In this document: piece after piece, positions 23,156 through 34,577 of the stretch
Layout of the letters: each line of letters starts with the position of its first letter
How positions within the stretch are numbered: the stretch's first letter is position 1
Assembly: GCA_964019335.1 (NCBI GenBank)
Contig: OZ025721.1
Location: forward strand, 186,001-250,000
Length of the DNA stretch: 64,000 bases
Direction: 5' to 3'
Origin: Diplonema japonicum
Taxonomy: Eukaryota > Protista > Euglenozoa: Diplonemea
Translations under genes and position numbers: made by a program
The notes under the pieces: generated by a model
What the model saw: only the letters and a program-made list of their open reading frames with translations
What the model was told of the DNA's origin: nothing
The model's database searches: none

Positions 23156-24751
23156 ATGACAAGCATTAGCATGCTTGTGACGCTGGCAGCAGCCAGTGTC
23201 ACACAGTACCCTGTAGTGTTCGGGATCCACCGCATCAAGAGTTGGGACGGGACCGGTCTGGATGCCAACTCTTTCGTCCCCGTTGTGTCCACGAACAACA
23301 CGGAGAAGTTCCCCCTGATCATCTTCATCAACTCGTGGGGCGCCCCTAGCGAAGAGTACATCTCCCCCGTGAACCGCTTCGCGAAGAAGGGCTACGTGGG
23401 CCTCGAGTACGAGGCAAGGGGTTTCTTCGGGTCGGGCGGCCAGATCGGGACCGCAGGCCCAGACGACTGGAAAGACATCACCGCTGTCATCACCTGGGCC
23501 CTGCAAAAATGGCCCATGGCCGACCCCGACAACATCGCTCTGGGCGGTATCAGCTATGGTGCCGGGTTGTCCTTGATGGGTGCTGGGAACGACTCCCGTG
23601 TGAAGGCCGTTCTTGCCCTCTCTGGCTGGAAGAACATGATCGATGCATTGTGGTGGCAGTACGCCCCTTCCCTTGTCTGGTCTGACATCCTCGTGGGCGG
23701 CGCCAACTCCACCGGCAATGTTCCCCCCATCCTCTACCAAATGCAGCACAACCTTTTGAACTACGAGAATGTGAACGCCACCCTCGCGTGGGGTGACCTC
23801 AGGAGCCCCGACCATTTCCTCACTCAGCTCAACTCCCGCAAGGTTCCCATTTTCATCTCGAACAACCAAGAAGACAATTTGTTCCACTCCAACTTCCAGC
23901 TCACTTTTTGGCAGCAGCTTCAGGGGCCGAAGAGGCTTTTCCTCAACCAGGGCACCCATGCCGAGGCGGAGCTTCGCGGGCTTGTCCCGGGGCAGAACGA
24001 CACTGCCATATGGGATGCTTGTGATGACTGGTTGGACCATTTCCTGAAGGGTGTTCAGAACAACATTGAGAAGCCTCCTCTTGTGAGGATCACGCTTGGG
24101 AACAAGGAGGTTGAGATGGTGCATGAAACATTCGACACGTGGCCGCCCAGCACAGGGTACAACGTCATGCAGTACAGGGCAGGCGGTAGGGGGGGCAGCA
24201 AGTTCGGGACCCTTGGGGCATCGACCACGGCAGGACCGGACACCATCCACTACACGAACGACACGAAAATGTCATGTGGTGCACCTGTCATCGCACCTGT
24301 GTTCAAGCCGGTGGTGCCTATTAGAGCAAAGCTCAGCGAAATTGACCCGAACCACGAGATCGCATTCTTGACAGAGAAGTTCGAGAAGGACACAAGGGTC
24401 TGTGGGAACATCCACCTGAAAGACCTTGTGGTGTCGGCAACGGCCGACAGGTTCCAGGTGTACGGCTACATCTACTCCTACAACAGCGGGCTTCTTGGGC
24501 ACACTGCGACTCTTGTGACGCACACCCCCACGGGGATCTGGGCGGGGTACAAGGCTGGTGAGGACTACACTGTTCCTGAACTGGAGTTCCGCAGTGCGTG
24601 CGTTGACATCAAGAAAGGACACCAGCTGGCGTTGGGGCTCAACATGATGAACGCTCTTTACCAGAACGCCAACTCGAACGCGAACCTGGCCTTGACCATC
24701 AAGTACAACAATGGGGGTCTTCTCTTGTCCGTCCCCACTGTGCAGAACTGA
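23156..24751 (+). CDS. Secreted CocE/NonD hydrolase, paralog 2
   Basis: Tandem paralog of 20878-22482 with the same GISYGAG motif and long near-identical nucleotide blocks. Confidence 0.85.
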   Translation: MTSISMLVTLAAASVTQYPVVFGIHRIKSWDGTGLDANSFVPVVSTNNTEKFPLIIFINSWGAPSEEYISPVNRFAKKGYVGLEYEARGFFGSGGQIGTAGPDDWKDITAVITWALQKWPMADPDNIALGGISYGAGLSLMGAGNDSRVKAVLALSGWKNMIDALWWQYAPSLVWSDILVGGANSTGNVPPILYQMQHNLLNYENVNATLAWGDLRSPDHFLTQLNSRKVPIFISNNQEDNLFHSNFQLTFWQQLQGPKRLFLNQGTHAEAELRGLVPGQNDTAIWDACDDWLDHFLKGVQNNIEKPPLVRITLGNKEVEMVHETFDTWPPSTGYNVMQYRAGGRGGSKFGTLGASTTAGPDTIHYTNDTKMSCGAPVIAPVFKPVVPIRAKLSEIDPNHEIAFLTEKFEKDTRVCGNIHLKDLVVSATADRFQVYGYIYSYNSGLLGHTATLVTHTPTGIWAGYKAGEDYTVPELEFRSACVDIKKGHQLALGLNMMNALYQNANSNANLALTIKYNNGGLLLSVPTVQN

Positions 24752-25723
24752 AGTGCGGAAAAACTGAAAAAGAAAGTGAAGTGGTAATTTTTTTTTTTTT
24801 TTTTTTTTTTTCCTGATATCGTTACGTGGGTAGAAAAAAAAAAAAGTCCTTTATGTTCCTCTTTTTTCCCTCCCCCTTTTTTTTTCCCCTGACAAAAAAA
24901 TCTTAATCCCTATTGACTTCCCTTTTTTTTTTTTTTTTTTTTTGTTTTGTTTTAACAATATTATTGTCGAAACTAAAAGCTAGTTGATGGCAGCGTAATG
25001 AGTTATTTTATTAGGTAAAATTCCGCTTGTGCGCACAAACAACTGAAGCGCCAATTAAGTTTTTTTTTTTTTAAATGGGAGGAATATAGGCGAAGAAAAG
25101 AAGGGGGGAAAGAAAGTGGGGGGGGGGCATGAAAAAAAATACGTGAACGTTTCTTTTATTTGACGTGGAGGTATTTGCTCCTTTCTTTCTTTTTTTTTTT
25201 TCTTCCTTCTTTTTTTTCTTCTCTTTCTTTACTCTTCACTTTTCCCGTCTCCCCAGACTTTTGGCGGTAAGTGCCCTTTGTCATTTTGAGTCATGAATTG
25301 GGCTGGGGCATATGAGGAAAGAAAATGACGAAGGGGTGGTCCTTTTTTACTTGCTTCGTAAATGTAAAGGGATTTAATCCGAGAGTTTGTTTTTTTTTTT
25401 TTTTTTAAAGAAGTATACTCCCCCCCTTTTTTTTTCTGAAAAAAAAAAAGAAACCCAAAATGTGGAAGTTTTTTAATCGTTCTCCTTTTTTTTTTTTTTC
25501 CTTTTTGTTGCTGCGATTTTTTCTTTTTCAGAAAAAAAAAAAAAAAAAAAAAAAAACCCCTCCACCCCATTTTCTTATTCTTAACCCCACCCCCCACCCC
25601 ACAGCTCTTTCCAATTCTTTTTTGTTTTCTTTCTTTTTTTTTAAAGATGCAACAACAACCAAATTTTATACAAAAAAAAGTGTGTTTTTCTAACAACAAA
25701 AAAGAAAAAAGAAAAAAAAAAAA

Positions 25724-26734
25724 ATGTGTTCTGGCAAGAAGCCGACAATGAGCCATGACGAAAAAATAGACTCGTTCATGGAAGCAACCTGCACAACGAA
25801 GGACACTGCAGAAAGGTGCTTGGAGCGAAGCAGCGGGGACCTCCACCTCTCTGTTGAGAGGTACTTCAACGCCGACGCACAATACGCAAAATGGGATGCA
25901 CCGGTGCCCCTTTGTGAAAAATCGCAAATCGGCAGTAAAAGAGCACGCGAACCCGAAACCGTTCCGACAACCCAACCCGTCGAGAAAAAACCGAAAAGAA
26001 CAGGGGAAGGTGAAAAAATGCCATGGGAAGAAATCGCTTCCGACCCAAACCTTGCCAACGCAGATTGCTTTGAATACAACGCCGTAAAATCCAAGTTGGT
26101 CCAATCCAACTACCAAGGCCCCAAGGACGGGTCCACCTGGCTGTGGTACCTCATCGGGGAAATGTCAGTGTATCCAGATGAGGGCACCGGTTCGAAGTCA
26201 GCTTCCGTTCATCTCAAAGGCGATAAATTCCAAGCAGGCTGGCTTTCTGCCCCAAGCGAGCCCATTCCCCACGGTGTTATTGAAAATCGCAAGAATACAA
26301 TGGTCGATTCTGTGATGCAAGACCAAGTAAACAGTTATGGAAAAGCCCGAAGGGGTTGCCAGCCGGGGTATCGCCACCGTTGGACGTATTCTGACAGCGC
26401 ATGGGAGTTGAAAGGCAAAACAGTGAAAAAAGGTGCTGCTACCTCCTGTTGTTCCTGGGATGAACAAAAAGAGGAGGACCGCTGGACAGTCAATGTGCAC
26501 ATGATGTGGCAGGCACAGGAGGCCTTGACCGAAGGCATCTTCCTTGTGGTGGCCGATCAGCGGGCAGAGAAAATGAACAAAAACCAGTACCAAACAAGCA
26601 TGTCTGGGAAGAAATGGTATCTCGGGTCTGTTAACGATGCTCCTGAAAAGATTGCCGCAGCAAAAAACCGCATTCTTGGGACCCTCTTGCCACCTTCTTT
26701 CAAGCCGAAGGTTGTGAAGCCCAAGAAAATTTAA
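25724..26734 (+). CDS. Protein with N-terminal UBA-like (DCN1/UBA_4-type) domain plus an unknown domain
   Basis: KIDSFMEATCTTKDTAERCLERSSGDLHLSVERYF fits the UBA-like pattern. ATG follows an A-tract. Confidence 0.65.
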   Translation: MCSGKKPTMSHDEKIDSFMEATCTTKDTAERCLERSSGDLHLSVERYFNADAQYAKWDAPVPLCEKSQIGSKRAREPETVPTTQPVEKKPKRTGEGEKMPWEEIASDPNLANADCFEYNAVKSKLVQSNYQGPKDGSTWLWYLIGEMSVYPDEGTGSKSASVHLKGDKFQAGWLSAPSEPIPHGVIENRKNTMVDSVMQDQVNSYGKARRGCQPGYRHRWTYSDSAWELKGKTVKKGAATSCCSWDEQKEEDRWTVNVHMMWQAQEALTEGIFLVVADQRAEKMNKNQYQTSMSGKKWYLGSVNDAPEKIAAAKNRILGTLLPPSFKPKVVKPKKI

Positions 26735-27066
26735 TCTCTCTTCTCTCTTGCCTTGTTTTTTTTTTTTTTTTGATTTTTCTTTTTTTTTTTCTTTTTAGAA
26801 AATTCTATCTTTATTCCATTGTATTTTCTTTCTAAAAAGAAAAAAAAAAGAAAAGTCGCTCTTTTTTTATTTATATATTCCCCTCTCTTGTTAAAGCATT
26901 TTTTTTTTCTTTTTTCTGTACTCTGAAAGAAGGAGGGAAAAAAAAGATTTTTTTTTTTCCCAATTAAAATTTTTTTCCCTCTTCTTCCTTCCCCCCCTCT
27001 TTTTTTTTCTTTTTCCTTCAAATGATTAAACAGGTCGGCGGGTAGCGTGGTAAACCGCATACTTAA

Positions 27067-27096
<30 letters not shown>

Positions 27097-27099
<3 letters not shown>

Positions 27100-28487
27100 T
27101 GTCCGATAATATCGCAGGATTCCACCCACCACACCTTCTCCGTGGTGAACAAAACACCCAGGGTGGGGGATTTGAAACCGCAAGGGAAAACCAAGAAGCC
27201 CTCCGAGATGTTTTTCGACGAAGCAGGTTGGCCAGACCACACCGGAGAGACCTTCTACGAGTGGCTGCGACACAAGATCTTCGTGTGCTGGCTGCTGCTG
27301 AAATGGGCCGCACAACTCATCATAACAGCAGGTCCAATGAGGCTAGTAAGATGGCTGTGGCTGCTCGGACGAATCATCACCTTCGTCGCATTATTACTGA
27401 TCCAAGTCTTCCTCCCCATGACATGGCACTACTGCACATCAGGTTCCATTCTTCGAGACGTTCCTTACAACAAGGACAAAGAGTCGCAGGGAAGGTCTGT
27501 TCTTGACATATACCTTCCAGGCCCAGCTTACTCATACATTGCAAGGCACCACAACAACCGGAAACAGGAACAAAAGCACCCTGTTGCGATTTTTCTAGTA
27601 GGTGGTGCATGGATCGTGGGGTACAAAGGCTGGGGTGCCTTACTAGCTAGGCTTCTTTCTGCAGCGGGTGTCGTTTGCTTCCTACCAGACTACAGAAACT
27701 TTCCTCAAGCCACCATTTCAGACATGATTTCTGATACCGATGACGCGGTGGCATGGGTTCTCGCAAATCTTGAAGTATACGGAGGCGATCCTGATAATGT
27801 AGTTCTCATAGGACAATCGGCAGGCGCGCACTTGGGAATCACAGCTCTCCTCGGGCAATGTATCTCACCCACAAAATGGTCCCCATCAAGCATCTCAGCC
27901 TTCGTAGGCATTTCAGGGCCTTATGATATCCTCGGTCTGGCTGATTTCTTCGAAACCCGCGGGTTGTACAAATACGTTGTGAAGTTGATTTTTGAGGGTT
28001 CTTTTGAGGAATACTCTCCTGTTTCTATGTTGGACACCAGGCTCAAATCCCTCCCTCCTGACTTTCCACCGACATATCTCTTCCATGGTACAGAGGATAA
28101 CACTGTACCTTCGTGGTCGTCGTGTAGGTTGGCAGCGGAGCTCGAAGCCCGGGATGTGAAGGTTTGTTGTAAACTGTTGAAAGGGCATACCCACACCGCG
28201 CCGATTATAGAGTCTCCTGTTGGTGGGCACGATCCTTTGATGGCTGACCTTTTGTGTTTGTTCTTCAGCGAGAAGGGAAGCGGGAAGCTGCCCCCCACGG
28301 AAGGGTTCACAGGAAACATGACTGAAGTGATGGAGAACCGCAGCGGTGCGGAGAAATTGGTGTGGAAAAAATTTTTATAAAAAAGAAAAAAAAAAAAAAA
28401 AAAATCCCGCAGGCAAAGGTGTCGCAGCTTGTCCCTCAAGCGAGTGATATTCTACTCTCGCTTGCGAAGGTAGCAAACCCGTTTTGA
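27097..28487 (+). CDS. Isoprenylcysteine alpha-carbonyl methylesterase (ICME-like); exons 27097-28359, 28413-28487
   Basis: LDIYLP, GGAWIVGYKGWG, PDYRNFP, GQSAG, FHGTEDNTVP, H.H. The last exon ends LLSLAKVANPF, like ICME C-termini. Confidence 0.88.
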
Positions 28488-28573
28488 GGAATTGGGAGAA
28501 GAAGGATGGGAAACACGTGGGGGTCAGATTTGAACCATTTTTATAATCACAACTTGCCCAGATGTGGGCAGTT

Positions 28574-28610
<37 letters not shown>

Positions 28611-28686
28611 CTGCATGCCGCTAGAATTGTGAACCAAAGCCTGTATTTCTTAGGGGAAGGAAAAAAAAAAAAAAAAAAAAAAAAAG

Positions 28687-28799
28687 TGCGGTGTGATGGT
28701 TGATGTTTTGAGAATGGAGATTGGAACAAAAAGGTCCCCTGCTGATCCTTTGACCTACAGGGGTAACCACCGGCCCTTTCAGGTATTTGCCACACAGCA
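28687..28799 (+). ncRNA. Unknown structured RNA-like repeat, copy A
   Basis: Terminal stem GTGTG..CACAC, variable internal hairpin and invariant ACCACCGGCCCTTTCAGGTAT shared with 31532-31644 and 31811-31912. Confidence 0.45.
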
Positions 28800-29209
28800 G
28801 TGGAAGTCGCATCTCGGAAGTGGTATTTTCCCCCCCCCTATTTTTTCCCGCAGGCGGTTTGACACTTTATGGATTCTGAGTCTAAACACTTTTCTTCTTT
28901 TCTTCTCCTTTCTTTCCTCCCACCCTCTCATTAAATGCGGCCCTGTGGGGGCTAACAGATAACTCTGGGTATGGGTAATACAGAGGGCGAACTGCAATCG
29001 TTCTCCTTATTCCTCGATCATGTAAGGTGATCGGGTCCCCCCCCCCCTCCTCCTTCTCTCTTTCCAGTCTCAAACTGCATGTATATTCGTTGTAAACCTT
29101 GGGCTCAGAATCCACAGAACTTTGAATTCAAAAAAAAAGGGGAAAGCCCTTTCAGTAGCGCAAACACTACCATTTCTTAGAAACTCCACCCGCTTTTTTT
29201 TTCTTTTTT

Positions 29210-29241
<32 letters not shown>

Positions 29242-30085
29242 GGGAAAAACAACGTACACGGTAACCAAATAACTTTTTTCCACCGTCGCCTTAAACCTCC
29301 AACTTTTTTTCCACTTTTTACTGTAACCACCAACAATTTCCCTTATGCAACCACTAACTTTTTTTTCCACCGTCCACGGTAACCTCCGACATTTTTATGC
29401 CTCATTGGGGTTTGGTACGAAATGTAGCGAGGGGGGCAAAACATGATGTCATAGCAAAAGAAAAGGAAAAAAGACCTTTTAAGAGAAATAGGTGACTACC
29501 CTGAAGGCTGGGACTACAACCGGGACAGCACTTCAAGGAGTGATTGTGGCTGTGGCGCAGCGGTTGAGTAATGAGGGTTTTTACAAGTTGCTGTATTTAT
29601 TTTCCCCTTCTCTCTCACTTCGCTTCCTCTTTGCTGGCCTATCTGTGACTTCGTGACAACAGGGGGCTTGAGGTCATCCTTGGCATATCCTTCACAGGCA
29701 GGGGGGCGAGGGGTGGAGAAGTACATCAGACGCCAGATACCTCGGCTTTGGCTTTAAATCGTCTTTGGAAATCGCCCTTGCCAACTTCCAGGAGAAATTC
29801 TTGGTGTCTTTTTTCGAGCCCTGGTTGTGCCTACACGTTTTTCCCAAATGCACACACACCTCCACCGTGGACGTTGAAAAAAAATTTTTGGGTTTCCGTG
29901 GACGGTGGAAAAAAAGTTCTTACTTACATGGTTTAGTGGAAATAAAAAATAGGTTACCGTGGAAAGTGGAAAATTTTTACAAAAAACCATTTGAGTGGAA
30001 AAAAAGTTGTAGGTTACCGTACAGTGGTGGAAATTCTGCTTACAGACTTGAGTGGAAAAAAGTTATTTGGTTACCGTGTACGTTG

Positions 30086-30093
<8 letters not shown>
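29242..30093 (-). mobile_element. Non-autonomous MULE-like element (internal-deletion relative of 3783-5377)
   Basis: TIR G(G/A)GAAAAACAACGTACACGGTAACCAAATAACTTTTTTCCAC, poly(T) on both flanks, retains transposase C-terminal remnant VTKSQIG..ATCKNPH..QSLLEVLS. Confidence 0.85.
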
Positions 30094-30130
<37 letters not shown>

Positions 30131-30212
30131 GCATTTGGCTTCAGCCGTGTGAAATGCATTAACTTTTTTTGTTTTGCTTTTCCTTTCCTCTCTCTTCTTC
30201 TCTTTCTTTTCT

Positions 30213-30252
<40 letters not shown>

Positions 30253-30946
30253 AAGAAGAAGATCCTAGTTAAGTTAAAGAAAAAGTGAATTTTGTTTTTT
30301 TGTAAAAGATGAAGGGAACGGAAAATTAAATCGAGGTGGGTATCCTGTTACTATGTTTTGCCCTCCTTTTGTTGCTCATGTTTCTCCCCTCCTTTTTTTT
30401 TTTTTTTTTTTTTTGTGTCAAAAAAATCTTTTTTGTATTTTTTTTTTCGTCCCGAAGTGCGGCGGGTGTAGCGAAATTACTTTTTCTTTCCCCCTCTCCT
30501 TTTTCTTTTTTTTTTTACTCGTACTTTAAAAGAAGGGGGGGGAGAGGGGACGGGAAAAGAAAAAGGAACGAAAACCATTTTCTATATTATTCTATTGCTG
30601 AACTGAAGGTGTTTACACATGGTGCCTAATTGGTTTCCCCCCCTTTTTTTTTTCTCCCCTCTCCCTCTGGGTCACCCTTCTTTTCCTTTTTTTTCACCTC
30701 CCCTGGTATGCACGATTAGGTCTTAGGTACAAGGCTTTTTTTTTTGTGCCTCTCCCTCCTTCTTTTGAGGAGGCGCTGAAATTGTTATCAAGGAAAAGAA
30801 GGGAAGAAAAAAAAAAAAGAGAGGAGTGAAGAGGAAAAAAAAAAAAAAGGAAAAAAAAGAGGAAACAAGAACAAAAGTTGGGGGAAGGGGTGTTGAATTT
30901 TTTTTTTTTTGTTTTTATCCACCCCCTAGCAATCCCACCCAAGGAG

Positions 30947-30979
<33 letters not shown>

Positions 30980-30980
30980 A

Positions 30981-31511
30981 ATGTCACTCCGAAGAACAGC
31001 TCACAAACTTTTAGCAATTACAGGAGGATGGCACCCGTTACCAAGGCCATCGGCAGGCAGGTGGAGGGTGTTTGTAGATTTGGATGGAGTTCTTGCAGAT
31101 TTTGAAAAAGGGTTGAAAACACAAGGCGTCACGGATTTGAAAGCGAACCCAACAGCCGGATGGAACAAGCTCAAGGAAGCCGACGGGTTCTTTGAAAATC
31201 TAGAATGGATGGAGGGTGCAAGACCAATGTGGGACCACCTCGTCCCGCACCAACCCATCATCTTAACAGGCCTCCCCAGAGGAAACTGGGCGGCTCCTCA
31301 AAAACGAAAATGGGTTTCCACCCAGATCGGAACCCACGTCACAGTAATAACATGCATGAAACACGAGAAACCACGAATGTCGACAGTGGGCAACCTGCTC
31401 ATAGACGACGCGGAAGACACCTGCCTGTGGTGGAGAAAGAAGGGCGGTACCGCGATACACCACACATCGCCAGAGGCAACAATCGATGCGTTAAAAGACA
31501 TTTTGGTTTGA
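30981..31511 (+). CDS. HAD-family 5'(3')-deoxyribonucleotidase-like protein
   Basis: VFVDLDGVLADF (DxD motif I), ILTG, LLIDD. The basic N-terminus may be an organellar targeting peptide. Confidence 0.85.
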   Translation: MSLRRTAHKLLAITGGWHPLPRPSAGRWRVFVDLDGVLADFEKGLKTQGVTDLKANPTAGWNKLKEADGFFENLEWMEGARPMWDHLVPHQPIILTGLPRGNWAAPQKRKWVSTQIGTHVTVITCMKHEKPRMSTVGNLLIDDAEDTCLWWRKKGGTAIHHTSPEATIDALKDILV

Positions 31512-31531
31512 CCCTTTTCTCTAAAAAGAAA

Positions 31532-31644
31532 CAGTGTGGTGGTGGTGGTTGATGTTAATGAGAACAGAGATTGAAACAATTTGGTCCTGCAAACCCGCTT
31601 GGGTTGGCAGACCACCGGCCCTTTCAGGTATCTGCCACACTGCA
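31532..31644 (+). ncRNA. Unknown structured RNA-like repeat, copy B
   Basis: CAGTGTGGTGG/CTGCCACACTG terminal stem, hairpin TGGT-CTGC-AACCC-GCTT-GGGTT-GCAG-ACCA, invariant 21-mer. Confidence 0.45.
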
Positions 31645-31810
31645 AAAAAAGAGCATCAGAGTTTAAAAGGAGGGAGAAAGGAAAGAAAAATACAAAGCCC
31701 CGAAGCAAGATGTGCTCAAGAGCATTTTGATTTGACCTTTCTTTTATTCCTAAGTCGGCTTGGGTTGTGAAACAAAAAGCCGTTGTATAATCCTTTGGAG
31801 AAAAAAAAAG

Positions 31811-31912
31811 TGCGGTGTGGTGGTTGATGTTATGAGAATGAAGAACGGGAACAAAAACCCCTTTGTGGTTGTGGGGTTACCACCGGCCCTTTCAGGTATT
31901 TGCCACACAGCA
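31811..31912 (+). ncRNA. Unknown structured RNA-like repeat, copy C
   Basis: Same framework, with hairpin AACCCC..GGGGTT and the invariant 21-mer. Confidence 0.45.
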
Positions 31913-32026
31913 GTGGCAAAACGTGGAAGTTCGATTTTTCGAAAGACCTTTTTTTTTTTTTTTTTTTTTTTTTAATTTCTTCCGATCTCATTCGTAGCAA
32001 AAAAAAAACCCCCCACACCAAGGAGG

Positions 32027-32055
<29 letters not shown>

Positions 32056-32058
<3 letters not shown>

Positions 32059-33306
32059 CAAAGACAAACCATGGCATGTCTCCTTGCAAACCTTGTCGTT
32101 CTGACGCATGGGATCGATAACGGGTACGGCATGCTTCCGCCCATGGGGTGGCGGTCTTGGAACTGCTATGGTGGGAACGTGAACCAATCCCTGATGGAGT
32201 CGGTCATGGACCGCATGGCGGAGAGGAAGCGAACGGTAAACGGGGTTTTGACAAGCCTCACAGACCTGGGGTACGTGTCGTGCGGGCTAGATGACAACTG
32301 GCAACAATGCGGTGCCGGCGTCAACGGGTCCTTCCACGACAGCGAAGGGAACCCCATCATCAACACCGCAAGGTTCCCCGACATGGGGAAGATGGTCGAC
32401 CACGGCCACGCCAAAGGCCTCAAGGTAGGATGGTACATGAACAACTGCATCTGCAAGGAACGGGAATTCAAAGCCAACCCCCAGTACATCGCGAAACACA
32501 TGCAAAACTCCGTCAAAGCACTCGTCGATTTCAAGTTCGACGGCTTGAAACTCGACGACTGCGGTGAGTTCCGCAACCTCACATGGTGGGCACAATTACT
32601 CAACGAAACCGGCAGACCGGTGATGATTGAAAATTGCCACTGGGGCTACACCGTACCTGGCCAAGCTCACGGCGACGGTCCATGCACAGGTACTGGGATC
32701 CCTTCCGACTGTCCTTACAATTTTTTCAGATCGTCGCCTGACATCAAGGCATTCTGGGACTCCGTTATGTTCAATTTACAGTCGACAAGACTTTTCCAAG
32801 GCAACCCTCCACTTTCGCGGCCTGGGGCATGGGCTTACCCTGACATGCTTGAGGTCGGCAGGTTGCGCACTCTTAACGAAGACAGAAGCCATTTCGGGGC
32901 ATGGTGCGTGATCTCAGCGCCTTTGATTCTCGGGCTCGATCTCAACAAAGATGCTGATGTGGACAAGGTGTGGGATATTATTAGCAACAAAGAGGCAATC
33001 GCGGTGAACCAAGCGTGGGCAGGCCACCCTGGAAAGATGTACGGTTTGCAGTTGGATGGGCTTGTGGAGATATGGGGCAAGCCCCTTGAAAACTCCAGCG
33101 CAGCCGTCTTTGCCTTGAACAACGACGTCATGGGCTCAAGATCTATCACTCTTACTTTTTCTCTGTGCGGACTGTCACCGAGTACACCGTATGCCATCAG
33201 AGACATCTGGAACCACAAGGACCTCGGTGTGCACACCGGTTCCTTCACAACTGAAACAATTGGGATCAGAGATAGTGCGTTCCTCAGGTTCACACCGTCT
33301 GCGTGA
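32056..33306 (+). CDS. Alpha-galactosidase / alpha-N-acetylgalactosaminidase (GH27)
   Basis: Signal peptide, DNG..PPMGWRSWN, LDDNWQ, DGLKLDDC, RSSPDI, PDMLEVG, HFGAWC, RDIW. Confidence 0.93.
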
Positions 33307-33779
33307 TGTTTTTTTTTTTTTTTTTTTTTTTTTTTAGTTTTCCTGTGCGTGGAGGCTTTTTTTTATTTCTTCTTTCCTTGCATGAGCGAACGTTTCTTTT
33401 TATTTTATTTTTTTTCTCTCTGTTTTCCTTCTTTACTCTAAAATCTTCTCCTCCATTTTTTTTCGATCCAAAAAAAAAAAATTCTTTTTTCCCCCTCCCG
33501 CTTTCCCCCCTGCTTCTTTAGCAGGTATAGCCTGAAATCGAAAATTTTTTGTTGAGATGGGAGTTTAAAAGGGAGAAAGGTTGGAAGGGACTGCTTTGTG
33601 GAAGGAACAACTACTTTCTTTTCTTTCTCTCTCTTTTCCTTGGAGAGAAAAGAAGAGATGTGGTGAACCGGTCTCGTTGCACTTCTCCCTCCGCCTTTTT
33701 CTGCATCTGATAAAGAAAAAAAAGGAGAAAAAAAATGGGGCTTTGATTGCAACACTAGGTGGCGTTAAGCGTGCAATGA

Positions 33780-33946
33780 AGCACGAACTACCTACTTGAT
33801 TACAGGGGGTGCCCCTCGGCCGAGCAGTAGCTTCTTCTGCGTTCCGCGTCGTGTCCTTAATGCGTGCGGTGTGCTCAACCCTAGCCGGGGCGTCCCGGGT
33901 AACCAAGATTCTGCGCTCGTGCAGTTTGCTGCCTGTTCGTCACCCT
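33780..33946 (-). repeat. Dispersed repeat, probably a transposon fragment (second copy at about 35660-35795)
   Basis: TACTTGATTACAGGGGG..GTAGCTTCTTCTGCGTTCCGC..CCCGGGTAACCAAGATTCTG..GTTTGCTGCCTGTTCG is shared between the two copies. The minus strand reads RNAEEATAR..PCNQV. Confidence 0.6.
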
Positions 33947-34577
33947 GAGCATCTGCGTTACGTTCTTCCACTCGGGCGCTACCGGTGATGACCGACGAGG
34001 AGGTCAACAGCGAACAACACATCTGATGTACTTCTTATATTTCCATGTTATCCCCACCACCCTAAAAAAAAAAGAAGAAGGAATTAAAAAGAGGGAGCCA
34101 CTCCCTCTCCAACTTTGTTTCTCCTCTACCCTTGATTTCTTTTTGTTCTTCCTTTCATATCCATTTGTGTATAAACCCCTAAAATGCTGCAATAATTTTC
34201 TCAGTAGCCTGTACATTTTTTTTTTTTTTTTTCAAATTCTTGCATGTCATTTTAGGGATATGAAGGTGCTTCTATTTTTCCCTCCCCCCCCTTTTTTTCC
34301 CTTTGCCCCCTTCGCCTCAACCTTCAGTACCGAGGTACTTGTTTTTTGACTCGTACGCGAATAAAAAAAACACGGGGGGTAAAAAAATAAAATGTTCCAC
34401 GTTTTCCTTCCCCCCTCCCATCAGTTTTCGTTTCTTGGCAATTTGGCCACAAGAACTTATTGTGCAAAAACGAAAAGAGAGAAAAAAAAAAAAAGTAATC
34501 TTTTTTTTTTTTTTTTTTATTTAGTAACAGTCATTACTTTAAAGCAAACCTCAAGTCAACATCAACAGTTCGAAAAC

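Noticed and set aside
5395-24250. Long minus-strand ORFs (5395-6543, 8855-10201, 22937-24250)
   Set aside because: They are antisense shadows of the TOP1 and CocE genes caused by codon bias, with no recognisable motifs.
29094-29110. RNase MRP CR-V or snR30 m2 motif
   Set aside because: The matching CR-I (GAAAGTCCCC) and the m1-flanking stem are not present.
28687-31912. Glycine riboswitch, U5 snRNA or C/D snoRNA identity for the three-copy motif
   Set aside because: CTTTCAGGT and TGATG are suggestive, but the CCGAAG/P3 elements, the U5 GCCTTTTAC loop and a CTGA D box are absent.
33985-34026. C/D snoRNA (GTGATGA...CTGA)
   Set aside because: It is too short, has no terminal stem or recognisable guide, and lies next to a TE-like fragment.
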